DNA of 63,976 nt, counting the filler, from Octopus bimaculoides (lineage: Eukaryota): NCBI RefSeq assembly GCF_001194135.2. It is 5 parts of 5 records of this genome, joined end to end, with 100 filler letters (N's around TTAATTAATTAA, not from the genome) between each part and the next. Parts side by side here need not be neighbours in the genome. Positions count along the whole stretch, not along the records: positions 31,655 to 40,613 come from NC_069005.1; positions 40,714 to 50,822 come from NC_068989.1; positions 50,923 to 63,976 come from NC_068997.1; 2 more parts are not named here. One strand, written 5' to 3'. A program made the translations under genes and the position numbers. Below the pieces are notes generated by a model that worked only from the letters and a program-made list of their open reading frames with translations, did not search any database and was not told the origin of the DNA. Numbering within the stretch: position 1 is the first letter of the stretch; every line of letters begins with the position of its first letter. Positions 39,431 through 51,918 of the stretch are shown here, piece after piece.

Positions 39431-41177
39431 GTGTGTATTTGACTGTTCCCCTCTGTCAAGCAAATGAAAGGCAGTCTCACACACACACACGCACACACAT
39501 ACATACACACAATCACACACACACGCGCTCACACACACACTCATGACATACCAGCCCTGTGATAAAAGACGTCCCGTCCATAAACATCCTGTTGGTATAC
39601 ACAAGAGGACATTGTTTAATGATTGATCCACGAACGAATGGAAAAAGAGTGTCTACGTGGTCACCCAGCCTGCAAAGACCAGCAACCAAATCTTCCTCAA
39701 AATCATGTTCTACTTTCTTAAAAAGAAGAGAGAGAGAGAGAGTGAGTGAGTGAGAGAGTGAATGAAAGAGAGAGAGTGAAAGATAGAGAGATGTCGTTGG
39801 GAAGCAAGCTTCTTACCACACAGCCACGTATACGAAATGTGAAGAAGACGCTGCGGGTGAAAATAATGAACGGAATCTTTGCTATTTATTCCCACGTCTA
39901 GTCTCATTGGGCAGACCTAGAATCAAAAAACAACTGAAGCCGATGACAAAGGAATAAACGATTTATGTCATGGAATTCATTAGCTTACAACTGTTTCTGC
40001 TATTATATGCAGAGGACTCATAGTCAAAGTGTCTGAGTAACATCTTATAGCTTCATCGGAACTTCGAATATGAAGTGCAATCTATTTGGGAAAAGGATTG
40101 CTTTTATAAATGTTTAATATTCGCAGATTTTGGTCGTCAAGATCGAGAGAGAAACATGCGAGAGAAAAATTACTCGAGCGAAACTCGACAAGCCGTCGTC
40201 GACATGTTCAGACACTTAAAGCTTCATTTCCACGAACAGAAAGTATATTTCTTGCAGCTTTCATTGCTCAAATGCGCTTTTTTTAAATATATATATATTT
40301 CAAGCAGCATGCTGTGCCTATTATAGATCTGATCCATCTGAGCTCATTTTAAAAGGGTAAAATCAATATAAATTTAACGACTACGTTATAAAGTAGTCTA
40401 CAAAGAAAAACAAAAGAAAAAAGACATTAGAAAGTAAAAATTGATGTTTATTTTACCATAAACACTGGAAAAATACCCTCAAAATGAGGATGCTAAAAAC
40501 AGGATTTTATTTCCAACTTAATATATTCACATTGATTTCAAATTTTTGGCACAAGGCCAGTAATTTCATGGAGGAGAATAGGTAGATTAGATCGACTCCG
40601 GTGATCAACTGGTNNNNNNNNNNNNNNNNNNNNNNNNNNNNNNNNNNNNNNNNNNNNTTAATTAATTAANNNNNNNNNNNNNNNNNNNNNNNNNNNNNNN
40701 NNNNNNNNNNNNNATATATATATATATATATATACATATATATACATACACACTCATACACGTATATACGTATATATATGCGTGTGTGCGTCGCCATGTG
40801 TCAATATATATATATGTAAATATCGATGCAAATTTCTATAAAATTGGTATTAGAATGTTAAAAATTATTCTGTATTCCTCAATAGAAATGCAGCGAAGCA
40901 CATCCACGCTTGATCAGTTTATATAAGATGTACAGTGTAATTAAATTTAGATGTCTTTTCAAAATTAAGTTTACATTAGAGTTATGTGTTTAGGTATACA
41001 CACCAATGAATATAGTTTACATAGCTATTTTTTTAATATTCTAGTGCATACAGTGTACAGCACACACAAATATAGACACACATGCAAGTATATATGCTTA
41101 TTTATATATGTATGTATATGTATATATACATGCGTGTATGCACACAAACATATATGTATGTATACACACACACACAC

Positions 41178-41272
<95 letters not shown>

Positions 41273-41327
41273 TATATATATATATATATGAATATGTATA
41301 TGTACATACATATATGTATGTATATAT

Positions 41328-42801
41328 GGTGACCTGTAATTTGACTCCTGGTAATTCAACACCCGGTATTTTGACTACGGTAATTTGAATCCCCGGTAAT
41401 TTGACTGCCATTCAATTTCATTCCTGGTAATTTCATTCCCGATATTAGAAAACAGTAAAATGTTGAATGAAGATAAAGTACAGTAATACGTAAAAAATAT
41501 TACTAAAAGCTTCAAAAATGATCATGCTTATGAGCTATTTCTCGTAAAAATTCCAACTTATTTTCGGCTCAATAAATATGTGCAGCCGTTTGTTTATATC
41601 TTTATACTTTCTTTTGGTCTAGCAGATCTCACTTCGATTAAATTCAACCTTCCTCAGTTGTGCCAAGTGCTTTTCACTTTTCAGTGCAATAATTAATTTC
41701 CATATATTCGGATGTGTGTAAGTTAATGAACTTTGTAGTGCGTTGTGATATCCCTCTAAATGGTTATTAGTGCGAGGCACATTCAATTCTATTCTAAAGC
41801 GGACATTTCAACTATCAATGGGAAATAAAGAAGATCTTCGTTGTTTAATTCCTCTACCTCACGTGCATCATATGCACGATAATTCAAAGTAGGACACCAG
41901 TTCTTGCGGAAGGTCGTCGTCATCTACAAGATCTTTGATTCTGTTAATCACATCATCGAGAGAAAGAAAAGCCAGCGTTGAAAAACATTTGATTTTAATG
42001 CTAAACTCATTATCATGATGGTATATTTCCTTAGAGCCAAATTCGCATACTTTTCTGTACACATTTTGAAATAGATGAAAAAGACAACAATGAGATGGAA
42101 GCACTACGAAACACTGATAAAATGCTATTAATGTGAGCTATTTCAAAATCCATCATAACATTTCAGGGCTCAGTCCTTGACGTAATTCATTTAGTTTATT
42201 AAAAAAGCAGGTGTAAGTTTCTTGATTTTTATTTAAAAGTAATGCAAACAATCGCGGAATACTGAATGAACCGACTTGAATATGAAGCGTGTACAACTGA
42301 TAAAATACAGTTGGGAAGTACTTAAAAGTTCCATCACCTGCCCAATGTTTTACATTAAATAAGTCATCAAGCCCTTTATCAGTTGCAAGCTCAAGTAATC
42401 TGTCTACATTCGTTTCGCCACTATCAGACTGCAAGAAAAGTTCGCCACTATCTCATCTCATTGGCTATCTCCTTCAACAACAGTAACGAATGAGGCAAGG
42501 ATAGAGCACATGTGAACATGTAAACTCTTTAAATAAGACACCCGATGACTGAAAAGATACTTTCAGTTAACCAAATTAACACTGTAAATCAACAACCGAA
42601 TAGGTGACTGAAAAGATACGTTTAGTTAACTGAATTACCTTGTAAATCAGCAACAACGACGATTATAACAACAACAATAGCAACAACAACAACAACTTTC
42701 AGCGTTTCATGTACTTATTTTGTTTCTAATATTAAGAGTGAAATTACTGGGAATGAAATTGCCTGGCAGTCAAATTATCAGGAGTCAAATTACTTAGAAG
42801 C
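41328..42801 (-). mobile_element. MULE (Mutator-like) element with TIRs and degenerate transposase
   Basis: Minus-strand motifs WAGDGTFKYFPTVFYQLYTLH, LFALLLNKNQETY, MMDFEIA, FHLFQNVYRKV and PRTNNHLEGYHN. Both ends are built of inverted gtaatttgactcc/gtaatttcattcc units (41328-41455 vs 42725-42800). Confidence 0.9.
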
Positions 42802-42978
42802 ATATAAATATATATGTACACACACATACATATAAATACGTATGCATATAATTAGACTATGCAGCAAGCATACCTGAATACTATACACAACTAGTAATAA
42901 GCAAATATATATACTATATATATAATATATTTAGTATATATATTATATATATACAACATACATATATATATTATATAT

Positions 42979-43121
<143 letters not shown>

Positions 43122-43689
43122 ATATATATATTATATTATATTATATTAAGGGTGTTCTGTAATTTGAATGAGTATAAAATATTAGTTGAATAGACGCAGA
43201 AAACCACGCGCGTGTTATATTTTCACCGTTTTTCTGATAGAAGCAGAATGTCAACTTGCTTCTCTTTTAATATGTAAGTGTTACATAACAACGTAAGATT
43301 ATATATATCATAAGCGTGCGGTTCATATATGTATGTATGTATGTATGTATGAAGCACATTAGAGGCACAATTCTTCTTTGTGTTGTAATCGTTGCATACA
43401 TAAACATAATTGGAAGTGTATAAGTTAAGTATATTGAATATATGCAAAAAAATAATGTGAATTACTGAAGAATTCTATTAAAAGCATTGTTAAATAGTAA
43501 TTTAGTTGATGAATATATTTAAAAAATTGCTGAGTTGCAAGAATATTATTTGCACAAACGATGCTTTAATTTACAATTATATTAATATTTGCTCTTCAAG
43601 AGCACACGTGTGAATTAGTGATGTCGCATTAGGAATATAAAAAAAATACTACAAGAAAAGATTAGATTTATTCACAAATCAATCAATAA

Positions 43690-44450
43690 TTAATCACATA
43701 TTTTTATGTTCAATCAACTTCAGTCTATTGACTGTTAATTCGACTCAACTCTGAAAAATGATGTCTGATTGCCGATTTGATCATTCCATATTTTAGAGAA
43801 ACCATCAGCCAGATGATGATTATATAGTAGTTTCCGTATATTAAATAGTCATTTGATTGTATACCATAGTTTCTCAATGAGGTTCAGGTCTGGTGAATTT
43901 GAAGCTATATTATTAACTTACTTTTGTTTTCTTTAAAGTAACTCTTTATTTTCTTTGATGTATGCCGTGAAACATAATTGATCGAAATCATCTTTTCCCT
44001 ACAAATCTATAATCTCTCATATGATTTCATAGGCAAATCATCAAATGCTGAGATGTAATCATAAAATTTGTAAATATCCTTATATGATTCTTTATTGACC
44101 TTCTAATTTTCTCTTTTTATCTTTGGCAAATAATTTTGCTCTTATTTGATCATACGACATTTTAGCAGTTTCTAGTTGTGTACAGCCTATATTTAGATGT
44201 CAATCTTAGAATGTTATGTGTCTATTGATTTTTGGTGTCGCTTACTTTTATACCGCTTACCGAGATAGGAAACCTAGATTTATAGATGTGTACCTATAAT
44301 ATATAAGAATATTAACAACAAATGACCAATTTAAGTCAAAGCCCAGTTTTATGTTTGTCCAATCACTTCTCCGGTATATCCATTTCATAAAGTAATTCTG
44401 ATTCGTTTGGCTACTTGTATTTATAATAATCTTCTTTCAGAAATGTTAAT
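43690..44450 (-). mobile_element. Highly degenerate Tc1-like transposase
   Basis: Minus strand reads VSRHTSKKIKSYFKENK...NSPDLNLIEKLWYTIK, the SPDLN.IE.LW motif. Confidence 0.65.
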
Positions 44451-44571
44451 CTAACAAGTTTGCTTTACTATTTAGCTCTCAGATTTTAACTAGAGACCTC
44501 AAGACATTTTCCCTCGACAATCTAAATGTTCTACAAATCCACAGGCATATATATATATATGAGTATTATCT

Positions 44572-44605
<34 letters not shown>

Positions 44606-44978
44606 ATGTGTGAATGTGTGTGCATGTGAGCGTGTGTGTGCGCGAGTATGTTTTTAAATGTCTGTTTCGCCATATGTTAGAACGAGTAAAGTGATTGAGA
44701 CCATCATATTTGTTATGTTATGAATGCTTATACACTAAACGTGGTATCAAACAATTTCTTTATGCATTCAATAAAACTTAACCTATTTATTCACCGATTT
44801 ATTTGAAACAGGGTAATTCTAAGTCAATCTTAAGGTGACGATTAAATTACTTCTAAAGAAGAGATGTCGAAAGATTTAAAAAATTGTTATTTCCAAATTC
44901 CAGATTTAATTCCCCATTTCATATCTAACTCCAAAATATATAGAAATGTTTGTTTGATATACGTTTTTCATTGAACGT

Positions 44979-45015
<37 letters not shown>

Positions 45016-45322
45016 NNNNNNNNNNNNNNNNNNNNNNNNNNNNNNNNNNNNNNNNNNNNNNNNNNNNNNNNNNNNNNNNNNNNNNNNNNNNNNNNNNNNN
45101 NNNNNNNNNNNNNNNNNNNNNNNNNNNNNNNNNNNNNNNNNNNNNNNNNNNNNNNNNNNNNNNNNNNNNNNNNNNNNNNNNNNNNNNNNNNNNNNNNNNN
45201 NTTTTATTAAGGACCAATGCATCCGGAGATAGAGAAACTTGTAAGTAAATTATTAAGGATCCAAGGATTTCCAAAACTTACATTAAAATTTATTAAACAA
45301 AATAAAACAAAATAAAACATGC

Positions 45323-45366
<44 letters not shown>

Positions 45367-46239
45367 TTCATTCTCTCATGCATACATTATCCAGTTAGGC
45401 CATGAAATTTACGGACTATAACGTTATAAACACGTTCCAATCTTAGGTTTACTGTTTTTAAGTTTGCCACAAACCCACTAATAAATGATGCACAACGACA
45501 TATCTTTTTCCAAATCATTTTTGTTCTTATACCGACATCATCGTTGTCGTTGTCATAATCGTATAAATAATGTCAGAACGGACATAAACATCTATAAGTT
45601 TACGATGTTCCGGTTCCCCCTCCATCTCCACTCGTGACATAACTTAATTCAGTTAATATACTACGTAGTCAATTATGTCTAATTACATTTCATCAACAGA
45701 TAGCTGTGTGTAATGTTTATTTCAATCACATTTGGAAGTTGCTAAAACATTATATCTTAGTGGTGATATTAAATTTCAGGAAATTGTGCAATTAACACCA
45801 ATGAATGTCTAAATAAAACAAAATCTTTCATAAAAATGATTTTATGAATAAACGAAACAAAAATGTAATACATTATATGGTGTATTTCAGTATGCTCTAA
45901 ATAACGTACACTGGAGCTTGCTAAAATGTCCTCTTCCGAGTTCCAACCAAAGCAAGAGAAATACATACAAGTGTGCAGAAAAATGTTTCCAATACGCATT
46001 AAACTTTCAAATTTCTTAATAACATAAACGGTTATTGGGTAAAGAAACACATTTGGTGGAGTTCTAGTTTAAGCACCCCATATAATCCCGCATAGACTTT
46101 TCGTTATTTTTTGGGGAATTTTCAGTAAATTTTAGTGAATTTGTGTTCTACACACGGGAATTTATGCGATTTAGAAAAAAATGAAAAACAAAAAATTTAC
46201 CTCCTATCCCCTACCCATAAATCGGTTCTTCTTTTATTC

Positions 46240-46461
46240 TTTTACTTTTTCTATTATTTTGTTTCAGTCATTTGACTGCGTCCATCCAGTAGCATCGCCT
46301 TTAGTCGAACAAATCGACCCCAGGACTTATTCTTTTGTAACTCTAGTACCTATTCGATCGTTTTCATTTGCCGAACAGCTAGGTTACGGGGACGTAAACA
46401 CACCAGCATCGGTAGTCAAGCGATGGTTGATGGGAAGACAAACACAGACACACAAACATAT

Positions 46462-46493
<32 letters not shown>

Positions 46494-46650
46494 GCATGCA
46501 TGCATGTATGTATATGTATATAGGACGAGCTTCCTTCAGTTTCTGTATACCAAATCCACTCACAAGGCTTTGGTCGGCCCGTGGCTATACTAAAAGACAC
46601 ATGCCCAAGGTGCCACGCAGTAAGCAAGCCACTTACCACATACCAACTCC
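46240..46650 (-). mobile_element. SINE family B (about 70 bp past the KCNH exon donor)
   Basis: Reads tttcagtcatttgactgcg..gtcgaacaaatcgaccccaggact..gttacggggacgtaaacacacc..ttcagtttctgtataccaaatccactcacaaggctttggtcggcc. Confidence 0.85.
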
Positions 46651-46719
46651 TTCTATGTATCTAATTGATAAACGGCACAAGAAACAATAGAATACTAGGA
46701 ATTGTAGTCGAATACTTAC

Positions 46720-46913
46720 CTTCTCTAAATCGAAAGTTAACTGAAATTTTAATAAGAAATCTCCTGCAAATTCTGGATAAGTTCTAAGGATTTCTTTTAG
46801 TTCTGCAATATCGATTTTATTGATATCACAATAAGAAAGTGGGCGAACTGTATATAATGCTTTTCCTTCTGGTCCTTTATCTCTAATGTCGCCACCAAAT
46901 ATATCGTGTTTAC
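46720..46913 (-). CDS. KCNH2-like: ERG-family (KCNH) K+ channel internal exon: second half of the CNBHD (194 nt, phase 1 to 0)
   Basis: Translation (G)KHDIFGGDIRDKGPEGKALYTVRPLSYCDINKIDIAELKEILRTYPEFAGDFLLKFQLTFDLEK matches hERG GKNDIFGE...GKSNGDVRALTYCDLHKI...[20 protein letters not shown] (recalled). Acceptor atattccag, donor AAG|gtaagt. In frame with the 49407-49559 exon. Confidence 0.96.
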
Positions 46914-47296
46914 CTGGAATATTAACGAAGACATTCGTAAAATATCAACCATTTTGTATTGTAAAGTTATGACGAAAAGTTTTCGAAAAATATAAGTGTA
47001 ACACATCTAATTTAAAGATCAACAGTCGTTGTTAAAATTTGTATTTATTTAGTTTTTTAAAAGTACTTATTTAATATATAAATTAGTTAATTTATATATT
47101 ACAAACAAGAATACATTAAAGATTCGACGAATTTTGGAGTGTTTTCAACTTTTGTTAGCTGGATAACTTGTATATATTAGATTCATCTCCCTTGAATATA
47201 TCAATAAAATAAGAAAATAAATGTTAAACACACTTAGTAATATATCTACAAGCATTCACGCACGCACACACACACACACACACAATCTATATATCT

Positions 47297-47520
47297 TAAT
47301 AATCCTTTCTACTGAAAGCACAAAGCCTTGAAATATTGGGGAAGGGGACTAGTCGATTACATCGACCCCAGTGTTTCATGGGTACTTAATTTATCGACCC
47401 CGAAAGGATGAAAGGCAAAGTCAACCTCGGCGGAATTTAAACTCAGAATGTAGCTGCAGAGGAAATACCGCTAAGCATTTCGCCCGCCATGCTAACGATT
47501 CTGACAGCTCACCGCCTTTA
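47297..47520 (-). mobile_element. SINE family A (in KCNH intron)
   Basis: Near-consensus core and head. Confidence 0.9.
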
Positions 47521-48764
47521 TATATATTTTAATAATAATTTCACTCAGCTTCATATGACAGAGTTTCATGGACGCGTTAAGCAAAACCATCGCATCAGAT
47601 AACAGATTGTTCCTCTGATATCTTATCAGATGGGTCCGTCTAACGCGCAAACAAAACTTCAAGTCATATGAAACTGTGCCAAACTACTATTAAGGAATAT
47701 ATCTAACTCCTAGCAAATGTATTGAGTGCTATTTTCTTTTTTTCGTTCACGCTTGTATTATACATATACGTATATNNNNNNNNNNNNNNNNNNNNNNNNN
47801 NNNNNNNNNNNNNNNNNNNNNNNNNNNNNNNNNNNNNNNNNNNNNNNNNNNNNNNNNNNNNNNNNNNNNNNNNNNNNNNNNNNNNNNNNNNNNNNNNNNN
47901 NNNNNNNNNNNNNNNNNNNNNNNNNNNNNNNNNNNNNNNNNNNNNNNNNNNNNNNNNNNNNNNNNNNNNNNNNNNNNNNNNNNNNNNNNNNNNNNNNNNN
48001 NNNNNNNNNNNNNNNNNNNNNNNNNNNNNNNNNNNNNNNNNNNNNNNNNNNNNNNNNNNNNNNNNNNNNNNNNNNNNNNNNNNNNNNNNNNNNNNNNNNN
48101 NNNNNNNNNNNNNNNNNNNNNNNNNNNNNNNNNNNNNNNNNNNNNNNNNNNNNNNNNNNNNNNNNNNNNNNNNNNNNNNNNNNNNNNNNNNNNNNNNNNN
48201 NNNNNNNNNNNNNNNNNNNNNNNNNNNNNNNNNNNNNNNNNNNNNNNNNNNNNNNNNNNNNNNNNNNNNNNTATATATATATGTATTTACATGTATGTGT
48301 GTGTGTGTACAATTAGCAATATTATGTTCGGATATCTTGGCTGATCAATAGCTCTATCAATCACTGCCACAAAATCTTTTTATTTTATCCTTTAGCATTC
48401 ATTTATGTAAATTTCGTTTAGAGTTGTGCGTTTTTGAAAACGAAGAACTCAACGTAAACGTATGACGAAACACCTCATAAGAGTTATGTAGTTGATATGA
48501 CATTTTATAATTTGGTGTTAAAAATATATATGTAGGAGGTAAGAATTAATAAATGGTGTCGTTGTTTTGTAGCCACATGTCGTACCAGTAGGACTTTGTT
48601 ACGAAAGGATGCAGCTGAACGACTACGGGATATTCATAGACCCTGCAGGTTTTTAACACCAGATATTCACTAATTGCGTCATAATGACAACCACACTGCT
48701 TATAAATGATGTTCGATGCTGGGTAACTATCTGAACATATTTTTATTTTCCCACTTTTCCTACA

Positions 48765-49200
48765 TTTTTTTTCTCTGCTTGTTTCAGTCATTCAACACCG
48801 CTTTAAAGAATTTTAGTCGAACGAATCAACCCAAGTGCTTATTTTTTTTTGTGAAGCTTGGTACCTGTTCTATCAGTCTTTTGCCGAGCTGCTAAGTTAC
48901 GGGGATATAAACTCACTAAAACCGGTTGTCAAGCGTTGGTGGTGGGCAAACACATAATCAGACACACGAACGCACACATGCACGCACGCATACACACACA
49001 CGCAATCACGCACACACGCACGCACGCACACACACACACACACATAAATACGACAAGCTTCTTTTTGTTTCTGTCTACCAAACAAACTCACAAGCCTGTG
49101 GTCATCCTGAGGGTATAGCAGAAGAAGACCTAGTTGCCACGCAGTGGGACTGAATCCGGAACCATGTGGTTGGAAGCAAGTTTCTTACCTCGCAGCCTGA
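48765..49200 (-). mobile_element. SINE family B (in KCNH intron)
   Basis: Colinear with 46240-46650. Confidence 0.85.
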
Positions 49201-49406
49201 GTTTATGTAAAATCAAATGAAACTTCCACATTGACATTTGAACTACCAAACATAGCTGCAGCTGCCTAACTTACTATCATACATACTTTGACCGTTTTAT
49301 CTGTATTATAATATAACAGGGCATCTATAGTATCAAACGATTAACTTTGCGAAAGATACACAACGTAAAAATCATTGTATATTTACCGAAGGAAATTCAT
49401 ACGTAC

Positions 49407-49559
49407 CTAAAATTGCCATGACTATATCATCTTTAGATATTTCTATAGATCCCGACGCAATAAAATATATGGAGTGTAGTATATCACCTGGGTGTATTAA
49501 TGTGTCCCCCGGAGGGGCATGCGTCGACCTGAATTTCATAGATAAAACACGTAGGCAAC
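49407..49559 (-). CDS. KCNH2-like: ERG-family (KCNH) K+ channel internal exon: start of the CNBHD (153 nt, phase 1 to 1)
   Basis: Hand translation of the minus strand gives (G)[50 protein letters not shown](G). This is about two-thirds identical to h[55 protein letters not shown] as I recall it. Acceptor ttattccag, donor TTAG|gtacgt. Confidence 0.96.
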
Positions 49560-49572
49560 CTGGAATAATAAC

Positions 49573-49622
<50 letters not shown>

Positions 49623-49660
49623 TATTATAATGATAATAGTGATGATGATGAAGATAATAA

Positions 49661-49874
49661 TGATTTCAAATTTTGGTACAAGGCCAGCAATTTCGGGAGA
49701 AGAGTATGTCGATTACATCGACACCAGTGTTCATTTGGTACTTATTCTGTCGACCCCGAAAGGATAAAAGGCGAAGTCGACCACGGAGGAATTTGAACTC
49801 AGAAATTTAAGACTTATGAAATGCCGTTAAGCGTTCCGCCCGGCCTGCTAACGATTCTGTCAGGCGCCACCTTC
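49661..49874 (-). mobile_element. SINE family A (in KCNH intron)
   Basis: Core and head present. Confidence 0.85.
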
Positions 49875-50779
49875 AGTAATATTAGCAACGGTAACAAGAA
49901 CAGCAACAACAATACTAATAATGATAATGATGATGATGTAGAATTCACAGAAAATATTAAGCTTAAATAGCATTTAATATATCATTTATTACAATATAGA
50001 ATATCTAATGAAACTCATACAAACACAAGCACAAACACATTCTCACGAACACGCACAAACATAACTGTATGATGTAGTGCTTAAGCAATTCGAAATACGC
50101 AGATATTAAAGTTAAATATAATGCATCTCATTCACTTGCAAAAATTCACATGCAAAATGCACACCCACGTACAATATTGCGTAACTTGTGGGATAGGCTA
50201 TATCGGATGAAGAGAACGAAAAAAAAACAACACATCAGTAATATTTCAAATACTCATTTCTTCTACAGTTGTTCCAATGTTAATTATTCTTGCGTAGGAA
50301 CAAATACAATTAAGGAATTATAATTATTTGTAATTTTATTTATAAAGCATGCATGACTCACAGCGATACTACAATAAATTTGAATGATATGGAAAGGGAT
50401 GCCATGAATGTGAATGTATTCAAATTCACAATACCATTGATAAGGTGTTTCTTACGTGGACGATAATTAAAATTATGTATAATTATAATTGCCTAATTGC
50501 ATTTGTTGCTGATATATTACGTAGCAGTTATTGGAACAAGCTGTCAGAAAAAACGGATATTTTGACACACACATATAATAAATATATGTATGAGTAGGTG
50601 TGTGTGTGCGCGTATGTTTGTGTGTATGTATGTGTGTGTAGTATTATATGAGAGCCGTAAAATATATCAAAATATGATTTGCATAGAGCAACCATTATTT
50701 AATATCTCAAGTGAACAGCCTCGCTTAAGCGAAACTCAGGGTAGAATGTCATCTTCGATATGCATGTATATGCATATAT

Positions 50780-50822
<43 letters not shown>

Positions 50823-51068
50823 NNNNNNNNNNNNNNNNNNNNNNNNNNNNNNNNNNNNNNNNNNNNTTAATTAATTAANNNNNNNNNNNNNNNNNNNNNN
50901 NNNNNNNNNNNNNNNNNNNNNNAGAGAGAGAAGACGGGATAGAGTGAGAGGGAGAGAAAGAGACAGACAGACACAGAGAGAGAGAGAGAGAATGAGAGGA
51001 CGGGATAAAGTGAGAGAGAGAGAGAGAGGACGGGATACAGTGAGAGGGAGAGAGAGAGAGAGACAGAC

Positions 51069-51130
<62 letters not shown>

Positions 51131-51539
51131 CGGCAGACAGGCAGACGGACAGTCAGATAGAGAGAAAGCGAAGTGAAGGTAGGGATACATACAGAGAGAG
51201 AAAACAAAGAGGTACAAGGAATAAAAGAGAGGAAAGGCGAAGTCAAAAATGAGCAAGGAGATAGAAAAAGAGGAGAGAGAGAGAGAGAAAAGGGGAGAGA
51301 GAAAGGGGGGAGAGAGAGATCCAGGTACAGAGAGTGAGAGGCGGAGAGAGAGAGAGAGAGAGAAAGAGAGAGTGAGTGAGGTAGGAGAGAGGAGTAGGTG
51401 ATAGATACATCAATCAGTAAATAAACATTAGAAATATATAAATCAATTGCTGTGCCTCCATAATCAAATAAGAGCATGGTTGGATAACTTATTGACCTAA
51501 AGTGAACCGAGGTGGTAGGAGAGGAAAGGGGGGATAGCC

Positions 51540-51887
51540 GTTGAGGAGAGGGAGGAGGAGGAGGAGGAGGGGTAGGTGGAGGAGAAGGAGGAGGAGGAGG
51601 AGAAGGAGAAGAGGAAGAAGAGGAAGACGAAGAACAACAACAACAACAAGAAGAGGAAAAAAAGAATACGAGGAGGAGGAAGTAGAAGAAGAAGATGAGG
51701 AAGAAGAACAAGAAGAAGAAGAAGAAGAAGAAGAAGATGAGGAAGAAGAAGAAAATGAGGCAGAAGAGGATGAGGCAGAAGAAGATGAGGCAGAAGAAGA
51801 TGAGGCAGAAGGAGATGAGGCAGAAGAAGAAGAAGAACAACAACAACAAGGGGAAAAAAAGAATACGAGGAGGAAGAAGAAGAAGAA

Positions 51888-51918
<31 letters not shown>

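Noticed and set aside
46890-46900. FGE to FGG change as a genomically hard-wired A-to-I edit
   Set aside because: The Gly codon is GGC; editing of GAA/GAG would give GGA/GGG.
50673-50750. Minus frame DILP*VSLKRGCSLEILNNGCSMQII with spacing like the real exon's DIL..SIEI..MAIL (possible decayed exon duplicate)
   Set aside because: Only 39/78 nt match, there is an in-frame stop, there are no splice sites, and it was found post hoc.
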